Virus record (IMG/VR): IMGVR_UViG_2049941001_000001
Location: 1-57,118 of that record
Reading direction: 5' to 3' (one strand)
Origin: a virus
Length of the DNA stretch: 57,118 nucleotides
The position numbers and the translations under genes are program-made. Each line of letters starts with the position of its first letter. Position 1 is the first letter of the stretch. The notes below the pieces were generated by a model, which searched no databases, was not told the origin of the DNA, and saw only the letters and a list, made by a program, of their open reading frames with translations. Positions 8,869 through 17,525 of this stretch are shown in pieces.

Positions 8869-9326
8869 TGGCAGATAGAGAAATAGCGCTATATGAAAAC
8901 GGCGTTGAGTATTACCGAGGGAAACTTGCGGTGAACGAATGCTATTTTCGTGGAAGAATTTTCAAAGACGTTCAGAAGTCAACTGGTAAAGGGCCTACTC
9001 GCCTGAAAATGACGGTGAGCAACGGCAAGAAGAAAGGCACCGATGATTGGCTTCCGTCAACTTTCGTTTCGCTTACGGCGTGGGGAGAACTTGGAGAGCA
9101 GATCGCAGATCGATACGCGGACAAAGATGAAATTGAGGTCATTACAAGATTTTCTCCCAGCTCCTATAATGGGAAGTTCTACACGGATTTTGCAGTTCGT
9201 GAAGTGATTCGGATGAAGCCCGAAGCCGCAGACAATCCGTATCCGAGCGGCGGAGGTTCAGATTCAAAACCCGTCAGCGATTACCCGGAAGACCCTGACA
9301 GCAGTTCGGATGACTTGCCTTTCTAA
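8868..9326 (+). CDS. ssb: Single-stranded DNA-binding protein
   Basis: OB-fold-like N-terminal part; acidic C-terminal tip SSDDLPF. Confidence 0.8.
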   Translation: MADREIALYENGVEYYRGKLAVNECYFRGRIFKDVQKSTGKGPTRLKMTVSNGKKKGTDDWLPSTFVSLTAWGELGEQIADRYADKDEIEVITRFSPSSYNGKFYTDFAVREVIRMKPEAADNPYPSGGGSDSKPVSDYPEDPDSSSDDLPF

Positions 9327-9434
9327 AGCCCTACAAGGCCCATAGAGCCACTTTGATGCGAGGGTAGTAACTTCCACAAACAGCGTGATAACTGCGCCCA
9401 CAAGTTTAATGTGGCGAAAGTTTTTGATGGATTA

Positions 9435-9449
9435 TTTACTGATAGTAAA
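9435..9449. promoter_or_regulatory. Palindromic operator TTTACTGATAGTAAA inside a candidate promoter spacer
   Basis: TTGATG-16 nt-TAAATG flanks the palindrome; directly upstream of XRE gene 9461. Confidence 0.5.
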
Positions 9450-9460
9450 TGGAGGCATTT

Positions 9461-9838
9461 ATGATCGGCAATAGATTAAAAGAAAAGCGCCTTGCATTGG
9501 GCGCTACACAGGCCGAGATAGCTAGGAGGTTGGAGGTCAGTCCACAATATTACAGTCATTTGGAGCGGAACGATGAAACTCCGAGCGTTGACATGCTGTT
9601 GAATATTGCAGACATTCTGAATTGCTCTGTTGACTTCTTGTTAAGCGGCGGGGGAGAAATCCCTCCCGTCAAGCAGGAAGTTGGTAAGTATCTCAAAAAG
9701 ACGGAACTCGGCTGGGTTTGCACCGCAAATGTCTGTCCTTGGAGAGATCAGACCGGCTTTTGCAATTCGGGAGCCGGTTGCATGAAAGAATGGGAGGAGA
9801 ACGGGAGGACGATGCATGAAAGCCAGAATTTACCGTGA
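9461..9838 (+). CDS. XRE-family HTH regulator with Cys-rich C-terminus
   Basis: LGATQAEIARRLEVSPQYYSHLERN HTH; GGAGG RBS. Confidence 0.75.
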   Translation: MIGNRLKEKRLALGATQAEIARRLEVSPQYYSHLERNDETPSVDMLLNIADILNCSVDFLLSGGGEIPPVKQEVGKYLKKTELGWVCTANVCPWRDQTGFCNSGAGCMKEWEENGRTMHESQNLP

Positions 9839-10064
9839 ATCCGACGTCCGCCGCGCCTTTGAATCCGGAAAGAAAGCCGGTATCCGCCTGTCCATTGATT
9901 GTATCCTGTCCACGGTCACGCTGAAATTACAGGATAAGCACGGGATGGGCGCGGAGGAATTGAAGCGGCTCGAGGCGGAGGTTAACGAGGACTTCGAGGA
10001 TGTTTTGGCTGGCGGAATAACACTGGACGAAATTTTGGAGGCAAAAGCCGAGGAAATCGGATAA
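9816..10064 (+). CDS. Hypothetical protein
   Basis: ORF track. Confidence 0.5.
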   Translation: MKARIYRESDVRRAFESGKKAGIRLSIDCILSTVTLKLQDKHGMGAEELKRLEAEVNEDFEDVLAGGITLDEILEAKAEEIG

Positions 10065-10125
10065 TTTAAGTCATAGGTACCGGTTTAATGGCGCGCCGCC
10101 TCCATGACGATGGAGGGACTATGAC

Positions 10126-10797
10126 ATGAAAATTTTAGTAGCCTGTGAAGAATCGCAGGCAGTAACAATTGAACTTAGGAAGTTAGGTCACGAAGCCTAT
10201 TCCTGCGATATTATCCCATGTAGCGGAGGGCACCCGGAATGGCATATACAACAGGACGTTTTACCTTTGCTGAATGGAAATTGTAGGTTCAACACGGTTG
10301 AAGGTGTAGAGCATCACATAACGGGCAAATGGGATATGATTATTGCTTTTCCACCATGTACCAAAACCACCAATGCGGGAGCCAAACATTTATTTGCCGG
10401 TGGGAGTCTCAACATACCACGTTATTTTGAAGGATTATGTGGTAAAGCACTTTTTGAAGCAATTCGGCACGCAGACTGTGAAAAAATCGCAATTGAAAAT
10501 CCAACGCCAAGTGCTGTTTATGAATACCCAAAGCCAAGCCAAGCAATCCAACCGTATGAATACGGGCATGAAGCCACAAAGCGCACATGCTTATGGATTA
10601 AAGGGCTACCACTTTTAAAGCCTACAAACATTGTCCCACGCCCACAATATAGAGAATTTAAGCAGGCTAACGGCAAGACCAGAAAAACATGTTGGGAAAT
10701 GGAACAGAACGGCGGGAAAGATCGAGCTAAAAATCGGGCCAAAACCTTTCCCGGTATCGCCCGCGCTATGGCTGAACAGTGGGCCGGGAAAGCATAG
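10126..10797 (+). CDS. Putative C5-cytosine DNA methyltransferase-like protein
   Basis: N-terminal KILVACEES and FPPC motif (PC catalytic-type); low GC. Confidence 0.45.
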   Translation: MKILVACEESQAVTIELRKLGHEAYSCDIIPCSGGHPEWHIQQDVLPLLNGNCRFNTVEGVEHHITGKWDMIIAFPPCTKTTNAGAKHLFAGGSLNIPRYFEGLCGKALFEAIRHADCEKIAIENPTPSAVYEYPKPSQAIQPYEYGHEATKRTCLWIKGLPLLKPTNIVPRPQYREFKQANGKTRKTCWEMEQNGGKDRAKNRAKTFPGIARAMAEQWAGKA

Positions 10798-10824
10798 CCG
10801 CCTCTGGCGGGAAAGGAGAAGAAG

Positions 10825-11160
10825 ATGGAGAGATTAACGGCTTATGACGCAGATGATTATGCCTACGTTAAGGGCGGAAAAGTGATAAACAAGAAAGTGG
10901 CAGAAGCAATCTTACGCCTCGCAGCCTACGAAGACACCGGGTTAGAGCCTGATGAAATCCCGAGTTGGATTGACGCTGAAGGCGAAACGCCAGACATCGG
11001 GCAAACGGTATTGGTTTATCTGCCAGACAAGGAAGAGGAAAAAATCCGTGTGGGCGAATATCTGGGAGAAGGAGATTACCGCATTGGGAGAAAGGTGTAT
11101 CGCGGATATGAAATAGGCGCATGGATGCTGCTTCTCCAGCCGCCGAAGGAGGAAAAGTGA
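10825..11160 (+). CDS. Hypothetical protein
   Basis: ORF track; GGAGAAG RBS. Confidence 0.55.
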   Translation: MERLTAYDADDYAYVKGGKVINKKVAEAILRLAAYEDTGLEPDEIPSWIDAEGETPDIGQTVLVYLPDKEEEKIRVGEYLGEGDYRIGRKVYRGYEIGAWMLLLQPPKEEK

Positions 11161-11432
11161 TGGATACTGATACATGGGTAAGCGGCTATAAAGTCCGTTC
11201 GTTCCCGTGGGTAGACGGTAAGACGATCTATTTTAACGTGCAATGCTACCTGCCCGGTCAATCCCTCTCACAACCGCCCGTATGGGACAAAACGGTGTAT
11301 ATCACAGATAATGCCGCAGGGCGTAATATGGTTGCAAATTTCGCACACTCGCTCACGGAGTATATTGCAAATTTGGAGATACCAGCCGGGAGAAAAATAA
11401 TATTAACCGTTGAAAGGAGCCCAAAAATCTGA
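11160..11432 (+). CDS. Hypothetical protein, paralog of 22792..23046
   Basis: ATGA-coupled; GYKVRSFPWVDGKTIYFNVQ shared with the reverse-strand copy. Confidence 0.6.
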   Translation: MDTDTWVSGYKVRSFPWVDGKTIYFNVQCYLPGQSLSQPPVWDKTVYITDNAAGRNMVANFAHSLTEYIANLEIPAGRKIILTVERSPKI

Positions 11433-11626
11433 TGGACGCTAAATATCTTGCAGAGATCAGGGCGCGGGATAGTGCAGAGCTACCGGAAACAGCCGCCCCG
11501 GTATTTCGAGACAGGCACGCCCTGCTTGCCGAGGTGGAACGGCTGACGGAAGAAAACGATGTTTTGAAGTCCGAATGCAAAGCACACATCCGACAGGCGC
11601 AGGAACAGGAGGGGAAGAAGAAATGA
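11432..11626 (+). CDS. Hypothetical coiled-coil protein
   Basis: ORF track. Confidence 0.5.
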   Translation: MDAKYLAEIRARDSAELPETAAPVFRDRHALLAEVERLTEENDVLKSECKAHIRQAQEQEGKKK

Positions 11627-11871
11627 AAAGGACTGTCAGCTATCGCCCGATTAAAGGCTGGTTCGATCTTTCAAAACTGAATCTTCCCCCGGATAAGTTT
11701 AAGGCTTATGCGGAACTCCAAGTGCTGGGAGAGCAGTATCAGCAGACATTGCAGTATCAAAAAGAGCGCAATTCCATACAGCTTGAAAAAATCAAAGAAT
11801 TATGCGCCGAAATGAATATCGACCTGATTATGAACTACGGCGCATTGGAACAGGAGGCCAACCATGCCTGA
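11623..11871 (+). CDS. Hypothetical protein
   Basis: ATGA coupling at 11623. Confidence 0.5.
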   Translation: MKRTVSYRPIKGWFDLSKLNLPPDKFKAYAELQVLGEQYQQTLQYQKERNSIQLEKIKELCAEMNIDLIMNYGALEQEANHA

Positions 11872-12190
11872 AATGACACCCGCAGAAGCGGCGGAAAAGC
11901 TGGAAGAATTAAGCGCAGAACTCGCGAAACAGGCTGAAACATGGAAACAAATGGTATGCCTTGTTGCCGCCTCCTATCTCCGCGCCATCGCCGCAGGAGA
12001 GTATAAGCAGGTGGTACACGGGCGGTGGGTTCACAAGGATTGTGATGGCGCTCCAACTGAAAATCACGAAGCGATAGTCTACGCTGAGTGCAGTAACTGC
12101 GGGCATACAATCCACAATGTAGATCAAGAAGCCGAGCATTGCCCACATTGCGGCGCTCTGATGGACGGAAAGGATGATAGCCATGAGTGA
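11864..12190 (+). CDS. Zinc-ribbon protein
   Basis: CSNCGH ... CPHCG. Confidence 0.55.
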   Translation: MPEMTPAEAAEKLEELSAELAKQAETWKQMVCLVAASYLRAIAAGEYKQVVHGRWVHKDCDGAPTENHEAIVYAECSNCGHTIHNVDQEAEHCPHCGALMDGKDDSHE

Positions 12191-12293
12191 ACACAAGCCT
12201 TGCTACGGAAAATGTGATAAGTGCGTTTGGAAATGCAATGGCGGTTGCAACGAATGGGAAAAACGCCGCGAGAGAAAGGACGGAGAAAAGTGA
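12183..12293 (+). CDS. Small Cys-rich protein (36 aa)
   Basis: CYGKCDKCVWKCNGGC; overlaps neighbours at both ends. Confidence 0.4.
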   Translation: MSEHKPCYGKCDKCVWKCNGGCNEWEKRRERKDGEK

Positions 12294-12517
12294 AGTACGA
12301 TAGCGGATTCAAAAAAATCAAAAATGTTGATTCTGTGTTCATCAGCGGAAATGAAATAATCGTATTTGGAGAGCCGAAAAATAGCGAAGATGAAAACCAC
12401 AATTGCGATGAAATGGGGTGCTCAAGCGTGAATCACATATTGCTAAGAGGTTGTTTTAGGTGGATGGAAAAGGGATATTCGGCTGAATTTCAGGAATCAG
12501 GTGATTTTGATGCCTGA
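12290..12517 (+). CDS. Hypothetical protein (GTG start)
   Basis: GTGA overlap with the upstream stop. Confidence 0.4.
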   Translation: MKYDSGFKKIKNVDSVFISGNEIIVFGEPKNSEDENHNCDEMGCSSVNHILLRGCFRWMEKGYSAEFQESGDFDA

Positions 12518-12926
12518 CATTATCCAGCAAATCCGAGATACATACGCCACGGATAAAGCTGCGGCGCTCAATATGTTGCCTGAGCTGTTTCAGGCGGCAG
12601 AAGACGGGAAGATCGTGGAACTACCCTCCATAAAGCTCTATAAGACCCTGTATTGGATATGGGGCGATGAAATCATGCCGGTCAAATATATGGGCATACA
12701 CCACGGGACGGTAGACAAAACGGGAAAATATCATGTCGTTTGCCGAATGCATATCAAAAAAGACAGGACGTTTTTTCACAACAAAAGATCGTTCACATAC
12801 GAGGCCGGAGACGAGCGGTGGTTTTATGCGGACGATATCGGCAAAACCGTCTTTCTGACCCGTGAAGCCGCAGAAGCGGCATTGAAGGAGCGTGAATCAA
12901 ACGGAACCCGCAACAAAGAAACGTGA
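12510..12926 (+). CDS. Hypothetical protein
   Basis: AGGTGA RBS 5 nt before ATG 12510. Confidence 0.55.
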   Translation: MPDIIQQIRDTYATDKAAALNMLPELFQAAEDGKIVELPSIKLYKTLYWIWGDEIMPVKYMGIHHGTVDKTGKYHVVCRMHIKKDRTFFHNKRSFTYEAGDERWFYADDIGKTVFLTREAAEAALKERESNGTRNKET

Positions 12927-13078
12927 TTACATAAAGCCTAAAAAGGCTAAAACGATAGCTTATTGCACTTATCATTCCTGCATTATTACGTCCGGAATGG
13001 CAAAGAAGCACGGGTGCAACACTCAAAAGCCGCGTTGCAAACATTTTGTTCTGATCTTTGGAGGCGAAAAACGGCAAA

Positions 13079-13321
13079 ATGCGGGAAGCAAGTGAGTTTG
13101 GTCTACGCTTGCGGGTGTTGCGAAGCAGAGCTGGAGTAAGCGCCCCTGCCCTATCAAAGCTGATCGGATTCGGAAGAAACACCATCCGCGATTATGAGTG
13201 CGGGATCTGCGATCCGACGTTGAGCAGGCTGATAAAAATAGCTGATTACTTCGGCGTTTCGCTCGATTATTTAGTCGGGCGGGAGGGCTTTGAGCGAAAG
13301 AAAGGACAATCCAATGAATAA
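13079..13321 (+). CDS. XRE-family HTH regulator
   Basis: AGVSAPALSKLIGFGRNTIRDYE HTH. Confidence 0.7.
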   Translation: MREASEFGLRLRVLRSRAGVSAPALSKLIGFGRNTIRDYECGICDPTLSRLIKIADYFGVSLDYLVGREGFERKKGQSNE

Positions 13322-13664
13322 TCTCACTGGAAAGATCAGACTTGATGATCGTTTCTACATAGACGTTGACCCGTATAATTGGGCGCTCTGCGAAATCAAA
13401 ACGATTCCGCCTACGTCAAAGAACGGAAAGCCGAACAAGGGCGCGGGAAAGCAGATCGTAAAGACTTGGGGTTATTGCTCGACGCTTGAAAACGCCTTGA
13501 ATCTGTATGCAGAGGTTATAGCGAAAGAATCTGTTGACGCTTTTGTAGGGCCGATTTCTCTCTCCAAACTTAAAACTATACTCGGAGAGGTTAAAAGCGC
13601 CGTGACAAAGCTGTCACTAACCTTAAAAGTTGAGGGAGATGATAGCGACGAAGCCGGTTCTTGA
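13314..13664 (+). CDS. Hypothetical protein
   Basis: AAAGGA RBS; ORF track. Confidence 0.55.
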   Translation: MNNLTGKIRLDDRFYIDVDPYNWALCEIKTIPPTSKNGKPNKGAGKQIVKTWGYCSTLENALNLYAEVIAKESVDAFVGPISLSKLKTILGEVKSAVTKLSLTLKVEGDDSDEAGS

Positions 13665-14139
13665 TGTAACGTGCGGCGGACGGATGATGTGGTTCAACAA
13701 GCAGAACCCCGCGTGTCTTTATCTTGATAACCGCGAACTGCCAGAAACCAATTTGTGCGACGGCAGAAAATTCAGCGTCCATCCTGATATGATAGCGGAC
13801 TTCACCGATTTACCTTTTCCAGATAACACGTTTTATTTGGTTGTTTTCGACCCTCCACACTTGATTAACGTTTCCGACCGGGCCTACATGAAGATCAAAT
13901 TTGGGCGGTTAGGGCAGGAATGGCCGCAAGTGATTCACGATGGGTTCGTAGAGTGTATGCGCGTCCTAAAGCCCTACGGCACGCTGATTTTCAAATGGTC
14001 GGAAGTGCAGATACCAACGCGAAAGGTTATTGACGCGATTGGGCAGGAGCCGCTTTTTGGTCATATCAGCGGACGCAAGATGAACACGCATTGGATGACT
14101 TTTATGAAGATTCCAGAACAGGAGGAAAAAGCAGAATGA
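13639..14139 (+). CDS. DNA methyltransferase (DPPH motif), paralog B
   Basis: FDPPHL; termini match 3581..4078 at protein level with many synonymous DNA differences. Confidence 0.65.
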   Translation: MIATKPVLDVTCGGRMMWFNKQNPACLYLDNRELPETNLCDGRKFSVHPDMIADFTDLPFPDNTFYLVVFDPPHLINVSDRAYMKIKFGRLGQEWPQVIHDGFVECMRVLKPYGTLIFKWSEVQIPTRKVIDAIGQEPLFGHISGRKMNTHWMTFMKIPEQEEKAE

Positions 14140-14447
14140 TTCATGAGTTGAAAACTCTGCCCGAATATTTTGAGGCGGCGCAGAAGCGCGAGAAAAACTT
14201 TGAAGTCCGCAAAGATGACCGGCCCTTTGAGGTTGGCGATTTCCTTGCGCTGAACGAATGGTCAGAGGACTTGGGATACACGGGCCGGTGCATGTTGTTC
14301 GAGATTACCTACATTCTTGACAATCCGCAGTATTGCAAAGAGGGATATGTAACGCTCGGCATTGTGCCACGTTGTATTGCTGGTGCTGTGCCAATGGCTG
14401 GCGTCGATAGCTATTACGTTTCCGTTTATGATCGAAAGGCAGGCTAA
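14136..14447 (+). CDS. DUF3850 (ASCH/PUA-like) protein
   Basis: HELKTLPEYFEA...KNFEVRKDDRPFEVGD pattern; ATGA coupling. Confidence 0.6.
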   Translation: MIHELKTLPEYFEAAQKREKNFEVRKDDRPFEVGDFLALNEWSEDLGYTGRCMLFEITYILDNPQYCKEGYVTLGIVPRCIAGAVPMAGVDSYYVSVYDRKAG

Positions 14448-14449
14448 CC

Positions 14450-14833
14450 TTGGCAGAAGAAACGCTCAAAGACAGCGGAGAACGCCGTATGTTCTCAACA
14501 GGCGCAAATCGTGATATGGCAGATGGAAAGGGCGATATGTTCAGTTTGCCTGCCGCAGCAATTCTTCGCTTGTCTCGGCACTATGAATTGGGCGCAAAGA
14601 AATATTCGAGACTGAACTACCAGATGGGCATACCAGTTAGCAGCTTCATGGATAGCGCCCTGCGCCACATCTTCAAGTATCTCGACGGATGGGACGACGA
14701 AGATCATTTGTCGGCGGCAGCGTTCAATATTCTCGGCGCGATTCAGATGGAGGAACGCAATCCGGATATGCAGGACGTTGAGGCCAGAAAAGGCAAGAAC
14801 ACCTTTTCGTATCCAAAGGAGGAGCAGGAATGA
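14450..14833 (+). CDS. dATP/dGTP diphosphohydrolase-like (DUF5664) protein, TTG start
   Basis: TGANRD...GK...GAKKY...ALRH...EDHL pattern. Confidence 0.55.
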   Translation: MAEETLKDSGERRMFSTGANRDMADGKGDMFSLPAAAILRLSRHYELGAKKYSRLNYQMGIPVSSFMDSALRHIFKYLDGWDDEDHLSAAAFNILGAIQMEERNPDMQDVEARKGKNTFSYPKEEQE

Positions 14834-15957
14834 AATTCACTTGTGAAACAAAGTTACTTTCAAAGGCTTGCCAGACCGTCGCAATGGCATCGGCAACAAG
14901 GGCTGGTGTACCAGCTCTCGAAGGAATCAAGATTGACGTGAAAGATGGAAACGCTACTCTTTGCGGATATAACCTTGAACTCGGAATCACAACGGCGCTC
15001 GGCTCCAACGGCGAATGCGAAGATGGTTCGATTGTCCTCGATGCGAAAATGTTGTGCAATATGGCAAAGAAAATGCCGGATTTCCTCACAACGATTGCAA
15101 CCGACGAGAAAGGTATTGCTACGGTTTCCAGTGGAGAATCTAAGTTTGAGGTTGTCGGAATTCCGGCAGGAGAGTTTCCAGAACTGCCGAAGGTTGACGA
15201 AAAGTCCAGCATCTCCATCACACAGCCGATCTTGAAAGGCATGATTCAGCAGACAGTTTATGCCGTATCAGACAGCGATTGCAGGCCCGTACATACAGGC
15301 GCGCAGTTTACCATTTCGGGCGGAGAATTAACCGTCGTGGGGCTTGACGGCTACCGTTTGGCAATCTGCAAAGAAACGGTTGATTATTCCGGCGCTCCAC
15401 TTGACTTTGTTGTGCCGAAGAACGCGCTTTCTGAAATCTCTAAGCTACTTTCCAATAGCGCAGACGACATGGCAAGTATTTCCGTTGGCACACGCCATGC
15501 GGCCTTTACGATTGGCGACTATACTGTTTTTACCCGCCTGCTCGAAGGAGAATTTCTTGACTGGAGAAAAGCAATCCCGAAGGAGTGCTCGACTAGCCTG
15601 AAAGTCGATACGAAGTCTTTCAAAGAAAGCGTCGAGCGCGTTGGGATAATGATTAGCGGCCGCGTAAACAGTCCGATTATCTCTGAATTCAGCAGCGCAG
15701 ACGGCACGATTACAGTTTCCAGCAACACGGCGGTTGGCAGAGCAAGCGATTCAATTTCGGCAGAAATCAGTGGCGCAGATGTGAAGATTGGATTCAACAA
15801 CAAGTATTTGATTGATGCGCTTTCTCACGCGGAATGTGATGAAGTGCGGCTACAACTTAATGGCCCGCTCTCTCCGATGGTGGTTTCGCCGGACGATGGG
15901 GATTCCTTCTTATTCCTCGTGCTGCCTGTCAGAATGAAAGCGGGGGACGCGGAATGA
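14830..15957 (+). CDS. dnaN: DNA polymerase III beta sliding clamp
   Basis: About 375 aa; MKF.C....L N-terminus and three-domain layout typical of DnaN. Confidence 0.8.
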   Translation: MKFTCETKLLSKACQTVAMASATRAGVPALEGIKIDVKDGNATLCGYNLELGITTALGSNGECEDGSIVLDAKMLCNMAKKMPDFLTTIATDEKGIATVSSGESKFEVVGIPAGEFPELPKVDEKSSISITQPILKGMIQQTVYAVSDSDCRPVHTGAQFTISGGELTVVGLDGYRLAICKETVDYSGAPLDFVVPKNALSEISKLLSNSADDMASISVGTRHAAFTIGDYTVFTRLLEGEFLDWRKAIPKECSTSLKVDTKSFKESVERVGIMISGRVNSPIISEFSSADGTITVSSNTAVGRASDSISAEISGADVKIGFNNKYLIDALSHAECDEVRLQLNGPLSPMVVSPDDGDSFLFLVLPVRMKAGDAE

Positions 15958-16310
15958 GAGTTGTGTACTTGGCCCATCCCTACGGCGGGAATGAAGCAAA
16001 CGCCGAGGGCGCAAAACAGATTGTCCGCCAGCTTGTCAAGAAGTTTCCGGGGACAGTTTTTCTGTCCCCGCTACAGGCCACGGGGTTTTACTACAACGAT
16101 ATTCCGTATCTTGATGGCATGGAGCATTGTCTTGAACTTTTAAGCCGATGCGATGAATTGTGGCTATGCGATGGTTGGCAGGATTCAAAAGGCTGTTGCA
16201 TGGAGTACGCGGCGGCAAAAGTAGCGTGGAAGTCCATATTTTCCATCAGCGACGATTTGAACTTATTTCCAATATTTGTTGCGCCAAATGATTTTGGCAG
16301 AATGATGTGA
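15954..16310 (+). CDS. DUF4406 / nucleoside 2-deoxyribosyltransferase-like protein
   Basis: VYLAHPYGG ... CDELWLCDGWQDSKGCCMEY pattern. Confidence 0.6.
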   Translation: MRVVYLAHPYGGNEANAEGAKQIVRQLVKKFPGTVFLSPLQATGFYYNDIPYLDGMEHCLELLSRCDELWLCDGWQDSKGCCMEYAAAKVAWKSIFSISDDLNLFPIFVAPNDFGRMM

Positions 16311-16318
16311 GGAAAAGA

Positions 16319-16496
16319 ATGAAACCAATTTATGAGCCAAAAGCCCGCGCAAAAGAGTATGGGGACTTTGCAATTAACATTTACACAGGATGCCCGCATC
16401 ACTGGCTATCTTGTGGGCGGCTTAGACCGTTTCAATGACGCGAAGCGCGCAGAAGTACGCGACCGCGTGAAACATGGATTCGGGGGCAAACTGTGA
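16319..16496 (+). pseudogene. Internally deleted radical SAM gene remnant
   Basis: MKPIYEPKARAKEYGDFAINIYTGCPH then a frame break and stop; a second frame ends GGKL-TGA overlapping the next GTG start. Confidence 0.5.
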
Positions 16497-16687
16497 ATAA
16501 ATTCAAAGTGTGGATTCAAAAGCGGTCTGCCATTATACAAGAAGTAATAAAAACATTGCTATCTTTTCTCTTAATCCTTTTGGGTGCGTCGATACTAAAG
16601 CCCAACGCGCTCTGGCTCCATCCGATTGGATTTTACATGCTGGCCGTTCCGATTTACGGATGGTTTGATCTCAAACTCAAAAATTAA
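16493..16687 (+). CDS. Small membrane protein (GTG start)
   Basis: Two hydrophobic segments. Confidence 0.5.
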   Translation: MNKFKVWIQKRSAIIQEVIKTLLSFLLILLGASILKPNALWLHPIGFYMLAVPIYGWFDLKLKN

Positions 16688-16812
16688 GTTTAAAGACTTT
16701 GGAGCCTCTAAAATTCATCTGACATGAAATTACTCTACCTCGGCACAAAAGTGGCTCCACAAAAGCACCAAGCGCTAGAATCGATATTTAAAGTTGTTTT
16801 GGAAGGGGCGAA

Positions 16813-17082
16813 TTGCGGATCATGAAGCAAAAGCCGCTAACATTAGACGAATTATACAAGATGGATGGAGAGCCGGTCTTTGTTGTCCCGCTTTTCGATT
16901 CGGAGGGTTGCAATCTTGCGTACCCGCAATGGGCAATCCTTGCGACCGAGGTTGGATTTGGGCCGGAGATCATGGGGCTGTCGCTCAAAGGAGGCACAAG
17001 CGTTACATGGCGGGCAAGCAAATATGGGGAAACGTGGATCGCCTATGCGAGCCGCCCTGACGATCTGCCTCCGAGCGAGTAA
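16813..17082 (+). CDS. Hypothetical protein
   Basis: ORF track; start could be ATG 16822. Confidence 0.55.
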   Translation: MRIMKQKPLTLDELYKMDGEPVFVVPLFDSEGCNLAYPQWAILATEVGFGPEIMGLSLKGGTSVTWRASKYGETWIAYASRPDDLPPSE

Positions 17083-17125
17083 TATTACTATATACAGTAT
17101 TCAGAGAGATAGTAGATACCACATA

Positions 17126-17154
17126 TTGACAAATCGGAGAGTTTGTGCTAAAAT
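17126..17154 (+). promoter_or_regulatory. Sigma-A promoter of the tRNA operon
   Basis: TTGACA-17 nt-TAAAAT with a TGn extended -10. Confidence 0.75.
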
Positions 17155-17164
17155 ATAAATATAA

Positions 17165-17291
17165 TTACGGGTGGCGGAATTCATTAAAGACGCTATAACG
17201 GCATAGAGGCTAGATGACGCGGTTTGATTCCGTTCTGGCACATGATTCACATTTAGCCATGCAAAGGTGGAAGTCCTTTGCCCGATAACCA
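17165..17291 (+). ncRNA. Unclassified tRNA-like leader (tRNA-Leu-type D-arm, T-arm-like hairpin, ACCA end)
   Basis: GTGGCGGAATT...GACGC matches a bacterial tRNA-Leu D-arm; GCGG-TTTGATT-CCGT hairpin; 7-bp GCAAAGG/CCTTTGC hairpin; CCCGATA-ACCA. No canonical cloverleaf found. Confidence 0.3.
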
Positions 17292-17296
17292 CTTAT

Positions 17297-17373
17297 GCCA
17301 CTGTACCCCAACAGGCAGAGGGAGATACCTCAAAAGTATTGATATGGCGGTTCGATTCCGTCCAGTGGCACCA
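17297..17373 (+). tRNA. Class-I tRNA with anticodon CAA (Leu codon UUG), A73, encoded CCA
   Basis: Hand-folded: acceptor GCCACTG/CAGTGGC, anticodon loop CTCAAAA, 5-nt variable loop, T arm GGCGG-TTCGATT-CCGTC. Confidence 0.7.
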
Positions 17374-17433
17374 ATTATGCCTTTTACATCTCCTTTCACG
17401 TTGCGCCGCACAACGATAAAAAGCGGCAAACAT

Positions 17434-17507
17434 TGCGGAGTAGCCAAGCGGTAAGGCAACGGGTTTTGAACTCGTGACCGGCAGTCCGAATCTGTCCTCC
17501 GCAGCCA
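17434..17507 (+). tRNA. tRNA-Gln(UUG) with an atypical T-loop (C at position 55)
   Basis: U1-A72, G73, anticodon loop TTTTGAA, T loop TCCGAAT, encoded CCA. Confidence 0.7.
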
Positions 17508-17525
17508 TGTAAGCAGAGCACCTTT

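Noticed and set aside
17165-17296. Group I intron-interrupted tRNA-Leu
   Set aside because: The extra sequence relative to a class II tRNA-Leu is only about 40 nt, far too short for a group I intron. I could not identify an anticodon stem or exon junctions.
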